In this document: piece after piece, positions 25,521-35,091 of the stretch | How positions within the stretch are numbered: position 1 is the stretch's first letter | How the letters are laid out: each line of letters opens with the position of its first letter | From: Acidimicrobiales bacterium | GTDB lineage: Bacteria > Actinomycetota > Acidimicrobiia > Acidimicrobiales > Bin134 | Assembly: GCA_965231915.1 (NCBI GenBank) | Contig: OZ246892.1 | Coordinates: forward strand, 1,536,151-1,600,150 | Length of the DNA stretch: 64,000 nucleotides | Direction: 5' to 3' | The notes under the pieces: model-generated | Seen by the model: only the letters and a program-made list of their open reading frames with translations | Database searches by the model: none | What the model was told of the DNA's origin: nothing | Position numbers and translations under genes: made by a program

Positions 25521-26903
25521 ATGGGCGTGGAGGTCGCTGACTCGATCCTCGACCTCATTGGGAACACTCCGCTGGTGCGAATGCGGCGCATCGCCGAAGG
25601 GGTGTCATGTGAGGTTTTGGCCAAGCTGGAGATGCTGAACCCGGGCGGCAGCGTGAAAGACCGGCCCGCGGTGGCCATGATCGACACGGCCGAGCGGGAG
25701 GGGCTGCTGAAGCCCGGCGGGACCATCATCGAGCCCACCTCAGGCAACACCGGAGTGGGACTGGCCTTGGTGGCCGCCCAGCGGGACTACCGCTGCATCT
25801 TCGTGATGACCGACAAGGTGAGCGATGAGAAGGTGCAGCTCTTGAGGGCTTACGGCGCCGAAGTGGTGGTGTGCCCGGTGGCGGTGGACCCCGAAGATCC
25901 CGAGTCGTATTACTCCACTGCGGAGCGGCTAGTGGCCGAGACCCCCGGCGCCTACCGGCCCAACCAGTACTTCAACCAGGTGAACCCCCTTTCTCATGAG
26001 CAGACAACCGGCCCCGAGCTGTGGAAACAGACCGAGGGGCGCATAACCCACTTCGTGGCCGGAGCGGGCACCGGCGGAACCCTCAACGGAGTGGGCCGCT
26101 ACCTCAAGCAGCAAAACCCCGACATCCAGATTGTGGCCGGCGATCCCGAGGGCTCAGTATTCAGCGGTGGCACGGGCCGCCCCTACCTTGTGGAGGGGAT
26201 CGGCGAGGACTTCTGGCCCGAGACCTACGATCCCAGTGTGGTCGACCGGGTGATCCCCATCTCCGACCAGGATTCCTTCGACATGGCCCGACTCGTGACC
26301 CACAGGGAGGGTCTTTTGATCGGCGGCTCGGGGGGCACCGCGATCGTCGCCGCCTTGGAGGTAGCCCAAGACTGCGGCCCCGACGACGTGGTGGTGGTGC
26401 TGCTGCCCGACGCCGGCCGGGGCTATCTGTCCAAGGTGTTCAACGACGACTGGATGGCGTCGTATGGGTTCTTGATCGGCGGGCACCCCTGTGTGAAGGA
26501 CGTGCTCGATGCCAAAGAGGGGGCGCTGCCCCCGCTTGTCTATGTCAAGCCTGAGGATCCGGTCAGCCTGGCCGTGACTCAGATGCGCGACCACGGGGTT
26601 AGCCAGCTACCCGTGGCCAAAGGAGAGATGCCCTTGGCCGCGGCCGAGGTCACGGGATCGGTGCACGAGCTTCAGCTCATGGCCCTGGCCTTCGACGGCG
26701 ATCTGCTCGGCCAGCCGGTGGAGAACGTGATGAGCCCGCCATTGGAGCAAATCGGCATCGGGGAACCGGTGGCGCTGGCTGTGACCAAGCTGGAGCGCTC
26801 ACCCGCACTGCTGGTGCTCGACGGCGGTCGTCCCCGAGCGGTGATGACCAGTACCGACGTGCTCAGCTTCTTGTCCTCGGGCGCATCCAGCACAGAATCA
26901 TGA
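25521..26903 (+). CDS. cbs: cystathionine beta-synthase (PLP domain plus CBS-pair)
   Basis: Contains LNPGGSVKDRPA and PTSGNTGVGLA (cysteine-synthase fold), plus a C-terminal ~130-aa CBS-pair-like region. 460 aa. Confidence 0.85.
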   Translation: MGVEVADSILDLIGNTPLVRMRRIAEGVSCEVLAKLEMLNPGGSVKDRPAVAMIDTAEREGLLKPGGTIIEPTSGNTGVGLALVAAQRDYRCIFVMTDKVSDEKVQLLRAYGAEVVVCPVAVDPEDPESYYSTAERLVAETPGAYRPNQYFNQVNPLSHEQTTGPELWKQTEGRITHFVAGAGTGGTLNGVGRYLKQQNPDIQIVAGDPEGSVFSGGTGRPYLVEGIGEDFWPETYDPSVVDRVIPISDQDSFDMARLVTHREGLLIGGSGGTAIVAALEVAQDCGPDDVVVVLLPDAGRGYLSKVFNDDWMASYGFLIGGHPCVKDVLDAKEGALPPLVYVKPEDPVSLAVTQMRDHGVSQLPVAKGEMPLAAAEVTGSVHELQLMALAFDGDLLGQPVENVMSPPLEQIGIGEPVALAVTKLERSPALLVLDGGRPRAVMTSTDVLSFLSSGASSTES

Positions 26904-28054
26904 GCAGCTCCGGATCTGGCCAGTGGGGCTTCGACACGCGGGCCATCCACGTGGGCCAAGAGCCCGACGAGGCCACCGGGGCCATCACCGTGCCCATCCA
27001 TCTGGCCACCACCTTCGTGCAGGCCGCGCCGGGACAGCATCAGGGCTTCGAGTACGCCCGCACCTCCAATCCCACCCGGGTAGCGCTGGAGCGATGCGTG
27101 GCCGGGCTGGAGGGGGCCAGCCATGGCATGGCGTTTGCCAGCGGCATGGCCGCGGAGGACGCCATTGTGGGCATGATGCGCCCCGGCGACCACGTGGTGT
27201 TGGGGACAGACGCCTACGGGGGCACGTTTCGGCTCATCGCCGGGATTTACGGCGAGCGGGGCATCGAGTGGTCCGCGGTGGATCTGACCGATGTGGATGC
27301 ACTGGCCGCCGCCATCCGCCCCCAGACTCGCCAGATATGGGTGGAGACCCCCACCAACCCGATGCTCACAGTGGTGGACATCGCCGCGGTGGCCGATGTG
27401 GCCCACGCCTCGGGAGTCGACGTGGTGGTGGACAACACCTTCGCCACCCCGTACCTCCAGAACCCGCTCGCCCTGGGCGCTGATGTGGTGGTGCACTCAA
27501 CCACCAAGTACCTGGGCGGCCACTCCGACGTGGTGGGCGGATTCATCGCCGTGAACCGGGATGATCTGGCCGAGCGGCTGTCGTTCGTGCAGAACGCGGT
27601 CGGCGCGGTTCCCAGCCCGTTCGACTGCTATCTGCTGTTGCGGGGAGTGAAGACGCTGGGGGTTCGCATGGATCGCCACTGCGACAACGCCCAGGCGGTA
27701 GCCGAGTTTTTGGCCGGCCATGCCGCGGTCGACCGGGTGCTGTTCCCCGGCCTGCCCGATCACCCGGGATATGGGGTGGCGGCCCAGCAGATGCGCCGTC
27801 CAGGGGGAATGGTTTCGTTCATCCATGGCGGGGGAGAGGCTGCTGCGGTGGCCGCGGTGAGCGCCACCCGGGTGTTCCGGCTGGCCGAATCTCTGGGCGC
27901 GGTGGAGTCGCTTATCGAGCAGCCCTCCACGATGACCCACCTGTCGGTGGCCGACTCTCCTTTGGCGGTGGACCCTGGGTTGGTGCGCTTATCGGTCGGA
28001 ATCGAGACTATCGACGATTTGCTGGCCGACTTGGAGCAGGCTCTGGGTTCGTAG
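26900..28054 (+). CDS. cystathionine gamma-lyase/gamma-synthase (Cys/Met-metabolism PLP enzyme)
   Basis: Contains VVHSTTKYLGGHSDVVGG (the PLP-lysine motif). There is an ATGA overlap with cbs, consistent with a trans-sulfuration pair. Confidence 0.9.
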   Translation: MSSSGSGQWGFDTRAIHVGQEPDEATGAITVPIHLATTFVQAAPGQHQGFEYARTSNPTRVALERCVAGLEGASHGMAFASGMAAEDAIVGMMRPGDHVVLGTDAYGGTFRLIAGIYGERGIEWSAVDLTDVDALAAAIRPQTRQIWVETPTNPMLTVVDIAAVADVAHASGVDVVVDNTFATPYLQNPLALGADVVVHSTTKYLGGHSDVVGGFIAVNRDDLAERLSFVQNAVGAVPSPFDCYLLLRGVKTLGVRMDRHCDNAQAVAEFLAGHAAVDRVLFPGLPDHPGYGVAAQQMRRPGGMVSFIHGGGEAAAVAAVSATRVFRLAESLGAVESLIEQPSTMTHLSVADSPLAVDPGLVRLSVGIETIDDLLADLEQALGS

Positions 28055-28059
28055 TCGCC

Positions 28060-28956
28060 TCAGTCCTGCATGGGCAGAAGGTCGTCGGCCAGGGCTTCGA
28101 TCTCGGCGTTCCAGTCCGGAGGCTCCCCCAGCGGCATTACCACGAACTTGGAAGCGCCGGTCTCGATAAACGCCTCAATCCTGGACCGCAGCTCATGGCG
28201 GCTCGTTGCCACCAAGTCGCCGGGGTTCTTGTCGGGTTGCCGCAGCTTGATGAGCTCGAGGAACCGGTCGGGCAGGGGGCCGTCGGTGTAGGTCAATAGC
28301 GCCCCGTAGTGCTCAGGGTCGATTTCCCTGTCTGCCTCGCCAGCATGCTGTTTGATGGCAGCAATCCCATCTCGCACGTCACTGGGGGTGACGAAAGAGG
28401 GCAGCCAGCCGTCGCCCAGCCGGCCGACCCGGCGCAGCTCCGAGGGGGCGATTCCCCCCATCCACACATCTAAGGGCTGCTGCACTGGCTTGACGTCCAC
28501 CCGGGCGGCGTCCACATGGAAGCGAGGTCCATGGTGCTCGACTTCGTCCTCAGTCCACAGCCGGCGCATGAGCGGAAGGGCCTCGTTGAACCAGGCCGCC
28601 CGGTCCATGCGGGCCACCCCGAAGGCCTGGTGCTCGGCGGCGTCGGCCACGCCGAGGCCGAATGCGGGCAGCAACCGCCCGTTAGAGATGCGGTCGAGGC
28701 TGGCCATGGTCTTGGCCAATAGCACCGGGTTGCGGCCGGGCAGCACCATCACGCTGGGGCCGAACTTGATCTGGGTGGTTCGAGCGGCCGCGAAGGTCAT
28801 GGCCACCACCGGGTCGAGCGCTGGTCCGCTGGCTCGTTCGGCCACCCACAGCGAGTCGAATCCCAACCGCTCCAGTCCATCCACCACGGTGGCGAATGCC
28901 TCGGGATCTCCTGAGGCCACCCCGCCGCCCACGCCAAAGCCGATTCGGACTCGCAT
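28060..28956 (-). CDS. LLM-class F420-dependent oxidoreductase
   Basis: Starts MRVRIGFGVGGG, with DSLWVAER and GRLLPAFGLG motifs. The start was taken at internal ATG 28956, 1 nt after the rpiB-like stop. Confidence 0.85.
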   Translation of the reverse strand: MRVRIGFGVGGGVASGDPEAFATVVDGLERLGFDSLWVAERASGPALDPVVAMTFAAARTTQIKFGPSVMVLPGRNPVLLAKTMASLDRISNGRLLPAFGLGVADAAEHQAFGVARMDRAAWFNEALPLMRRLWTEDEVEHHGPRFHVDAARVDVKPVQQPLDVWMGGIAPSELRRVGRLGDGWLPSFVTPSDVRDGIAAIKQHAGEADREIDPEHYGALLTYTDGPLPDRFLELIKLRQPDKNPGDLVATSRHELRSRIEAFIETGASKFVVMPLGEPPDWNAEIEALADDLLPMQD

Positions 28957-28957
28957 G

Positions 28958-29368
28958 TCAGTAGAGCTTGGCGATCTCGGGGGACTCGTCTGGGTCGGGC
29001 TCGGTGGCCAAAAAGGCATCGAGCATCTCGGCGGCCACTTCGGAGGACACCAGGCGCAGGCTCAGGGCCAAGACGTTGGCGTCGTTCCAGCGACGGGCGC
29101 CCCTGGCAGTCTCGGCATCGGTACACAAGGCGGCCCGCACTCCGGGGACCTTGTTGGCCGCGATCGACACTCCGGTGCCGGTCCAGCAGCACACCACCCC
29201 GATGTCGGCGCTGTCTCCGACCACCGCCTCGCCGACGGCCCGGCCCACGTCGGGCCACGGAGCCCCCTCTGCGGCGGCCGCCAACACGTCGTGTCCCCCG
29301 TCGACCAGATGCTGCTTGATGGCATCGGTCAGGGCAGTGGGCTCGTCGGTCCCGAAGGCGATGCGCAT
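28958..29368 (-). CDS. rpiB: RpiB/LacA/LacB-family sugar-phosphate isomerase
   Basis: Starts MRIAFGTDE and contains VVCCWTGTGVSIAANKVPGVRAALC, a typical RpiB active-site region. Confidence 0.85.
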   Translation of the reverse strand: MRIAFGTDEPTALTDAIKQHLVDGGHDVLAAAAEGAPWPDVGRAVGEAVVGDSADIGVVCCWTGTGVSIAANKVPGVRAALCTDAETARGARRWNDANVLALSLRLVSSEVAAEMLDAFLATEPDPDESPEIAKLY

Positions 29369-29372
29369 CCTG

Positions 29373-30536
29373 TTATCCCGATAGATCGGCTTCAAGGAGG
29401 TCGAGGTCGAAGCCGTAGAGGGCGGCGCAGTTGTCCCTGAGGATCATCCGCTGCTCGTCGGCGGGCACGTCGGCCAGTGTCTCGGCCACCACCTCCCGGG
29501 ACCGGGGGAAGGTGGACTCGGTGTGGGGGTAGTCGGAGCCCCACATAAGCGTGTGGGTGCCAAAGGTGTCCCGCACCCGCACGCCCACCGCATCTTCTTG
29601 GAAGCTCACGAAGCAGTTGGAGCTGAAGTAGTGGCTGGGGCGGGCGTCGGGATCGACGAAGCGGTGCCAGTCGCCCCGCAGCGGCCGGTCGGTGTAGCAG
29701 TAGTCCATCTGGAACAGCCAGAACGGGATCCACCCCACCTCGTGCTCCACCGATCCCACCTTGAGATTCGGGTGGCGCTCGAACACTCCGGAGAAGATCA
29801 TCTCGCCCAGCGACTTACGCACGAAATGGTCTTGCAGGTAGAACGCCGCCTCCGTCACCACCCTCACGTCATTCTTGGTCTGGCCGCTGGCGCTGGCGAG
29901 CATCCGGCCGGTGGCCACGTGCATCGACAGGGGCACGTCGAGGTCGACTGATGCCGACCAAAACGGCTCATAGCGGGAGTTGTCGTATCCCTGACCCGCT
30001 GGGGGCATCACGGAGACCATCGCCCCGGCCAAGCCCATGTTGCGGCACCGAGTCAGCTCGGCGATGGCCTCGTCGATATCGTCGAGGTTGATCAGGGCGA
30101 TGCCCTTCAGCCGCTGTGGGTCGTGGGCGCAGAACTCGGCGATGAAGTCGTTGTAGAGCGCCATGGTCACAGAGCACAGCTCGGAGTCGGGGATGCTGTA
30201 GGCCAACAGCGCCTCGCTGGGGTAGATCACCGAGGCGGCCACTCCATCGGTGCGGTTGTCGGCGATGAACTTCTCGGGGTCGTAGGCCCCCGGGCGAACC
30301 TCGTCGAACGATGCCTCTATGCGGAGCTTGGTGGGGTCTTGGTCGAAACGGTTGCCGGCCTGAAAGCCCAGAAACGACATGGAGCGCTGGCCGTCGATGT
30401 ACCACCAGTCGCCGCCGGGCTCTCGGCGCACCTGCGGGACCCGCTCGGCCATCGGCCCGGTGGCCCGCTCGGTCCACAGGTCGGGCGGTTCGATGATGTG
30501 GGAGTCGGACGAGATCATCATGGCAGTGGGGCTCAT
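29373..30536 (-). CDS. amidohydrolase family protein (amidohydrolase-2)
   Basis: Contains ISSDSHIIEPPDLW and WGSDYPHTEST. A strong RBS (GAAGGAG) lies upstream of ATG 30536. The track ORF extends to 30557. Confidence 0.85.
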   Translation of the reverse strand: MSPTAMMISSDSHIIEPPDLWTERATGPMAERVPQVRREPGGDWWYIDGQRSMSFLGFQAGNRFDQDPTKLRIEASFDEVRPGAYDPEKFIADNRTDGVAASVIYPSEALLAYSIPDSELCSVTMALYNDFIAEFCAHDPQRLKGIALINLDDIDEAIAELTRCRNMGLAGAMVSVMPPAGQGYDNSRYEPFWSASVDLDVPLSMHVATGRMLASASGQTKNDVRVVTEAAFYLQDHFVRKSLGEMIFSGVFERHPNLKVGSVEHEVGWIPFWLFQMDYCYTDRPLRGDWHRFVDPDARPSHYFSSNCFVSFQEDAVGVRVRDTFGTHTLMWGSDYPHTESTFPRSREVVAETLADVPADEQRMILRDNCAALYGFDLDLLEADLSG

Positions 30537-30557
30537 AGCACTCCTTCGGTCATGCAT

Positions 30558-32102
30558 CTATTGCAGCAGTTCTGCGGCCCGCTCGCCCAAAGCGATGCAG
30601 GTCAGGTTGGTGTTGGCCCGGGGGATCATGGGGAGGATAGAGGCGTCGAACACCGACAGGCGATCGATGCCGTGGACTCGGCCGAAGTCGTCGACGACGT
30701 CGCCGGCGTCGGGGTCGGGCCCCATTCGGCATGTGCCTGAGGCGTGGTACCAGGGAAAGCTGAACTGTTGGGCGTAGTCGGCCAGGTCTTCGTCGTCCCC
30801 TTCGGCGAAGGCTGACTCGTCGAGGACTGCCACCCGTTCGAACCTCTCAGACAGCGCCTCGTGAGTGGCCAACCGGTGGCAGAGCCGCAGTCCGGCCGTG
30901 AGCTGGGCGAGGTCTTCGGATTCGTCAAGCAGGTTCAGATCGATGACCGGTGGGTGGCCGGGGTCGGGGGACAGAACCCGGAGGCGTCCTCTTGAGCGGG
31001 GGGATTGGATGCCGGCGCAGATGCCCCAGATCAACTGGGCACCGCACACCTCGGCCAATGCCGGGTTCCCGTACAAGTCCCAGTGGTTCATCATGCCGAT
31101 CTGCATGTTGTTGGTCACCGGGCTGTCGGGCGAGCTGTATCGCACCAACAGCTGGTGCTGGACTATGTCGGTGGTCACTTTTCCTTCCGGGGGAACTACG
31201 AAAACGAACGCCCCCACGTGCTCCATCAGGTTGGCGCCCACGCCTGGGAGGTCGGCGACCGAGCGGATGCCGATGGCCTCGAGGTCTCGCACCGACCCAA
31301 TTCCCGAGCGCATCAACAACGCCGGTGAGTTGAAGGCGCCGGCGCACACCACGATGTGTCGGCCTCGGACCTGCTCCACGCTGGTGCCTGCGCCCGTGGA
31401 GTAAGCCACCGCGGTGGCCCGGTCCCGTTCGATCACGATGTGGTGGGCGTAGGCCCCGCCGACGATCTCCAGGTTCTTTCGACCGTCGGCGGGGTGCAGG
31501 TAGCCCATGGCGGTTGACACCCGCACGCCGTCCACCACGTTTTGGGGCGACGGGCCGATGCCTTCCGACACGCCGTCGTTGTGGTCGTCTACCCACCCCA
31601 GACCATTGTCCTGGGCCGCGGCCAGCAGTTGTCGCTGGGGAGCGACCAGATCGTCTTTGGCCGCCCGATGGATGGGAATGGGGCCGCCGGTGCCGTGGAG
31701 CTCGCCTCCCAGGGGGTCGTCTTCCAGTCGGCGAAAGCACGGGGCCATGGCCTCCCAGCTCCAGTTGGGGCTGGCCCAGGAGTCGTAGTCGCTGGGCATC
31801 CCCCGCAGCGCCACCCCGCCGTTTACCGCCGACCCCCCGCCAAGCGTCCGGCCCTGCGGGTAGGGGGCAGTGGCCTCGCCAGAGGTGCGGGCCTGAAAGC
31901 CCCAATCGCGCCCGGTGTGGGAGAAGTCCACCGCGCCCAGGCGGTCGGCGTCGGGATCGGGCTCGACAGGACCGGCCTCCAACAGCAGTACCGTTGTGCC
32001 CGAGTTCTCCGACAGCCGGGCGGCCAGGACTGCTCCCGTAGAACCCCCTCCGACGATCACGAAGTCGTAGATCATGCGCGGCGACCGGTGGCTATTGGTC
32101 AA
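30558..32102 (-). CDS. GMC-family FAD oxidoreductase (choline dehydrogenase-like)
   Basis: Contains the YDFVIVGGGSTGAVLAARLSE FAD motif and a C-terminal HASGTCRMG motif. Confidence 0.9.
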   Translation of the reverse strand: MTNSHRSPRMIYDFVIVGGGSTGAVLAARLSENSGTTVLLLEAGPVEPDPDADRLGAVDFSHTGRDWGFQARTSGEATAPYPQGRTLGGGSAVNGGVALRGMPSDYDSWASPNWSWEAMAPCFRRLEDDPLGGELHGTGGPIPIHRAAKDDLVAPQRQLLAAAQDNGLGWVDDHNDGVSEGIGPSPQNVVDGVRVSTAMGYLHPADGRKNLEIVGGAYAHHIVIERDRATAVAYSTGAGTSVEQVRGRHIVVCAGAFNSPALLMRSGIGSVRDLEAIGIRSVADLPGVGANLMEHVGAFVFVVPPEGKVTTDIVQHQLLVRYSSPDSPVTNNMQIGMMNHWDLYGNPALAEVCGAQLIWGICAGIQSPRSRGRLRVLSPDPGHPPVIDLNLLDESEDLAQLTAGLRLCHRLATHEALSERFERVAVLDESAFAEGDDEDLADYAQQFSFPWYHASGTCRMGPDPDAGDVVDDFGRVHGIDRLSVFDASILPMIPRANTNLTCIALGERAAELLQ

Positions 32103-33294
32103 AGGGCAGGTGCAACATCTTGATGGCGTTGCCCCGCATGATCTTGTAAATCACCTCGTCGGATAGCCCTTCGCACTGCTTCTCGGCCACTTCTTTGGTG
32201 TGGGGCCATGTGCTGTCGGAGTGGGGGTAGTCGGTCTCGAACGTAACGTTGTCCTCCCCGATGGCATCGAGGTTGGCCAAACCGAAGCGATCGTCGAAGA
32301 AGCAGCCGTACACGTGGTCGGCGAAGTAGCTGCTGGGCGGCTCGGGGATCACGCCCCACACCCGATTCCACCCCCGGTTGTGCTCCCACACCACGTCGGC
32401 CCGCTCCAAGATGTAGGGGATCCAGCCGATCTGACCCTCGCTGTAGGCGATCGTGATGTCGGGGTAGCGGATGAACGCCCCGGAGAACAGCCAGTCGGCC
32501 AGCGATCCCATGGCGTTGTTGAAAGTGAGGGTGGAGGGCACCGCCGGCGGGGCGTCGGGGGAGGTGGACGGCATGCGCGACCCCGAGCCGATGTGCATGC
32601 ACAGCACGGTGGCTGTCTCCTCGCAGGCCGCGAACAGTGGCTCCCAGTGCCCGTCAGAGTCGTGGATGGACGCCAGCCCGAGGTTGGTGGGCAGCTCGGT
32701 GAACGCCACCGCGTGGGCGCCTCGGGCGGCGTTGCGGCGGACCTCGGCGGCGGCCAGATGAGGATCCCACAAGGGCATCAGAGGCAGGGGAATCAGCCGG
32801 CTGTCTGTGCCGGCGCACCACTCCTCGATCATCCAGTCGTTGTAGGCCTGCACACACAGCAGGGCCAGTTCTTTGTCGGCCGCCTCCATGAAGGTTTGGC
32901 CGCAGAAGCGGGGGAACATCGGAAAGCACATGGAGGCTTCGACGTGGTTGATATCCATGTCGTCGAGGCGGGCCTTTTGCTGCCAGCAGCCGGGGCGCAT
33001 CTCCTCGTAGTTGATGGGCCGGGCGTCGACCTCCTCTTTGGGATAGCCGGAGGCTGCGCTCAGCCGGATAAGGGGGCGCTTGAGGTCTTCGTACATCCAG
33101 AAGTCCACCGACCGCTCCACGTCGCTGTCCACCCACACAGGCTCATGGTCGACAACCACCATGTCCTTGCGGACAGTCTCCCGCACTACCCGGGGTCCCA
33201 CGTCGGAGTATTTGCGGGGCAATCGGTCGGTCCAGAGGGTGGGCGGCTCTACTATGTGATCATCCACCGAGATGATCTTGGGGATCTCTGGCAT
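32092..33294 (-). CDS. amidohydrolase family protein (amidohydrolase-2)
   Basis: Contains IISVDDHIVEPPTLW and ETDYPHSDSTWP. Its 3' end overlaps the GMC gene start by 11 nt. Confidence 0.85.
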   Translation of the reverse strand: MPEIPKIISVDDHIVEPPTLWTDRLPRKYSDVGPRVVRETVRKDMVVVDHEPVWVDSDVERSVDFWMYEDLKRPLIRLSAASGYPKEEVDARPINYEEMRPGCWQQKARLDDMDINHVEASMCFPMFPRFCGQTFMEAADKELALLCVQAYNDWMIEEWCAGTDSRLIPLPLMPLWDPHLAAAEVRRNAARGAHAVAFTELPTNLGLASIHDSDGHWEPLFAACEETATVLCMHIGSGSRMPSTSPDAPPAVPSTLTFNNAMGSLADWLFSGAFIRYPDITIAYSEGQIGWIPYILERADVVWEHNRGWNRVWGVIPEPPSSYFADHVYGCFFDDRFGLANLDAIGEDNVTFETDYPHSDSTWPHTKEVAEKQCEGLSDEVIYKIMRGNAIKMLHLPFDQ

Positions 33295-33370
33295 GGGCCG
33301 AGCGTACTCGGCGGCATAAGGGCCACGGCCTGCTGGGGAGCTTGTCAGCGCGCTGGCCTATTGTTGCGCC

Positions 33371-35086
33371 ATGCTGGATCTAATCATCAAGAACGGCACT
33401 GTGGTGGACGGCACCGGATCGCCGGGGTTCGTCGCCGATGTGGGCATCAGCGGCGGAATAATCACCACCATCGGGTCGGTTGACGAGGCCGCGGCCCGCG
33501 TCATCGACGCCGATGGGCTGGTGGTGGCGCCGGGATTCATCGACGCCCACACCCACTACGACGCCCAGCTGTTTTGGGATCCGCTGGCCACACCCTCCAA
33601 CGAGCACGGGGTGACCACCGTGTTGGGCGGGAACTGCGGGTTCACGCTGGCCCCCCTCAAGGCCGACGACGCCGACTACATCCGCCGGATGATGGCCAAG
33701 GTGGAGGGTATGCCCCTGCCCGCCCTGGAGCAGGGCTTGCCGTGGAACTGGTCGAGCTTCGCTGATTACCTGGATGCGCTGGAGGGGCGAATCGGAGTGA
33801 ACGCCGGTTTCCTGGTGGGGCACTCAGCTCTGCGCCGCTTTGTGATGGGGGCCGAGGGCACCGGCAATGCGGCCTCTTCCGAACAGGTGGCCGAGATGGT
33901 GCGGGTGCTGCACGGGGCCCTGGAGGCCGGCGGGCTGGGGTTCTCGTCGTCGCAGTCCACCACCCACTCCGACGGCAACAACGACCCTGTGCCGTCGTAT
34001 TTCGCTGACCGCGACGAGATGCTGGCCCTTTGCGACGCGGTGTCTGATCATCCCGGCACCTGGCTGGAGTTCATCATCACCGGCTGCAATGCGTTCTTCA
34101 GCGACGAAGAGATCGACTTGATGACCCAGATGTCGGTGCGGGCCCAGCGTCCGCTGAACTGGAATGTCCTTTCCCACGCCTCCACCATGATGGACCGCAC
34201 CCGCCACCAGCTCCGGGCGTCGGATGCGGCTGCTGAGGCCGGGGGGCGCATCGTGGCCCTTTCGATGCCGACCATCGGCGGGCTGAAGATGAGCTTCGGC
34301 AGCTACTGCGCCCTGTATCTGCTGCCCAACTGGGGCGATGTGCTGTACCTGGACCACGACGAGAAGAAGGCCAAGCTGGCCGACCCCGCGGTGCGCCAGT
34401 GGCTGGCTGAACAGGCCCGTAGCTCCGAAGGCCCGTTCCAGTTCATCTCCACCTGGGCCAACATGGAGATCGGCGACACTTTCGCCCCGGAGAATGCCGG
34501 GCTGACCGGGCGCAAGGTGGGCGACATCGCTGCCGATCGGGGAGTAGCCCCGTTCGACGCCCTGCTCGACATCGTGGTGGCCGACGACCTGCGGACCGCG
34601 CTGTGGCCCCTGTCGTCCGACGACATCGAACTGGCTTGGCAGCAGCGGGCCGAGTTGTGGCGGGACCAGCGGGTGCTGGTGGGCGGCTCCGACGCCGGCG
34701 CCCACCTCGACCGCATGTGTGGGGCCCGTTTCCCCACCGAGATGCTGGCCATCGCGGTGCGCGACCGGGGCCTGCTGTCGATGGAGGAGTGCGTGCAGCT
34801 CCTGACCGACGAGCCCGCCCGCCTATTCGGCCTCAAAGACAGGGGCCGGGTAGCCGAGGGATACTGCGCCGATGTGGTGGTGTTCAACCCCGACACTGTG
34901 GCCTCAGAGCCCATCGTGGAGCGCACCGACCTCCCCGGAGGCTGCGAACGCCTCTACGCCGGCGCGGTGGGCGTAGAGCACGTGCTGGTCAACGGCACCG
35001 AGATCATCACCGCCGGCCACCCCACCGGCGCCACCCCCGGCACCCTCCTCCGCTCCGGCCGCGACACCGAGACTGTGCTGCCGTAA
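33371..35086 (+). CDS. N-acyl-D-amino-acid deacylase (D-aminoacylase) family amidohydrolase, copy 1
   Basis: Contains IKNGTVVDGTG and APGFIDAHTHYD. The C-terminus is GATPGTLLRSGRDTETVLP. Confidence 0.85.
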   Translation: MLDLIIKNGTVVDGTGSPGFVADVGISGGIITTIGSVDEAAARVIDADGLVVAPGFIDAHTHYDAQLFWDPLATPSNEHGVTTVLGGNCGFTLAPLKADDADYIRRMMAKVEGMPLPALEQGLPWNWSSFADYLDALEGRIGVNAGFLVGHSALRRFVMGAEGTGNAASSEQVAEMVRVLHGALEAGGLGFSSSQSTTHSDGNNDPVPSYFADRDEMLALCDAVSDHPGTWLEFIITGCNAFFSDEEIDLMTQMSVRAQRPLNWNVLSHASTMMDRTRHQLRASDAAAEAGGRIVALSMPTIGGLKMSFGSYCALYLLPNWGDVLYLDHDEKKAKLADPAVRQWLAEQARSSEGPFQFISTWANMEIGDTFAPENAGLTGRKVGDIAADRGVAPFDALLDIVVADDLRTALWPLSSDDIELAWQQRAELWRDQRVLVGGSDAGAHLDRMCGARFPTEMLAIAVRDRGLLSMEECVQLLTDEPARLFGLKDRGRVAEGYCADVVVFNPDTVASEPIVERTDLPGGCERLYAGAVGVEHVLVNGTEIITAGHPTGATPGTLLRSGRDTETVLP

Positions 35087-35091
35087 CCGCC

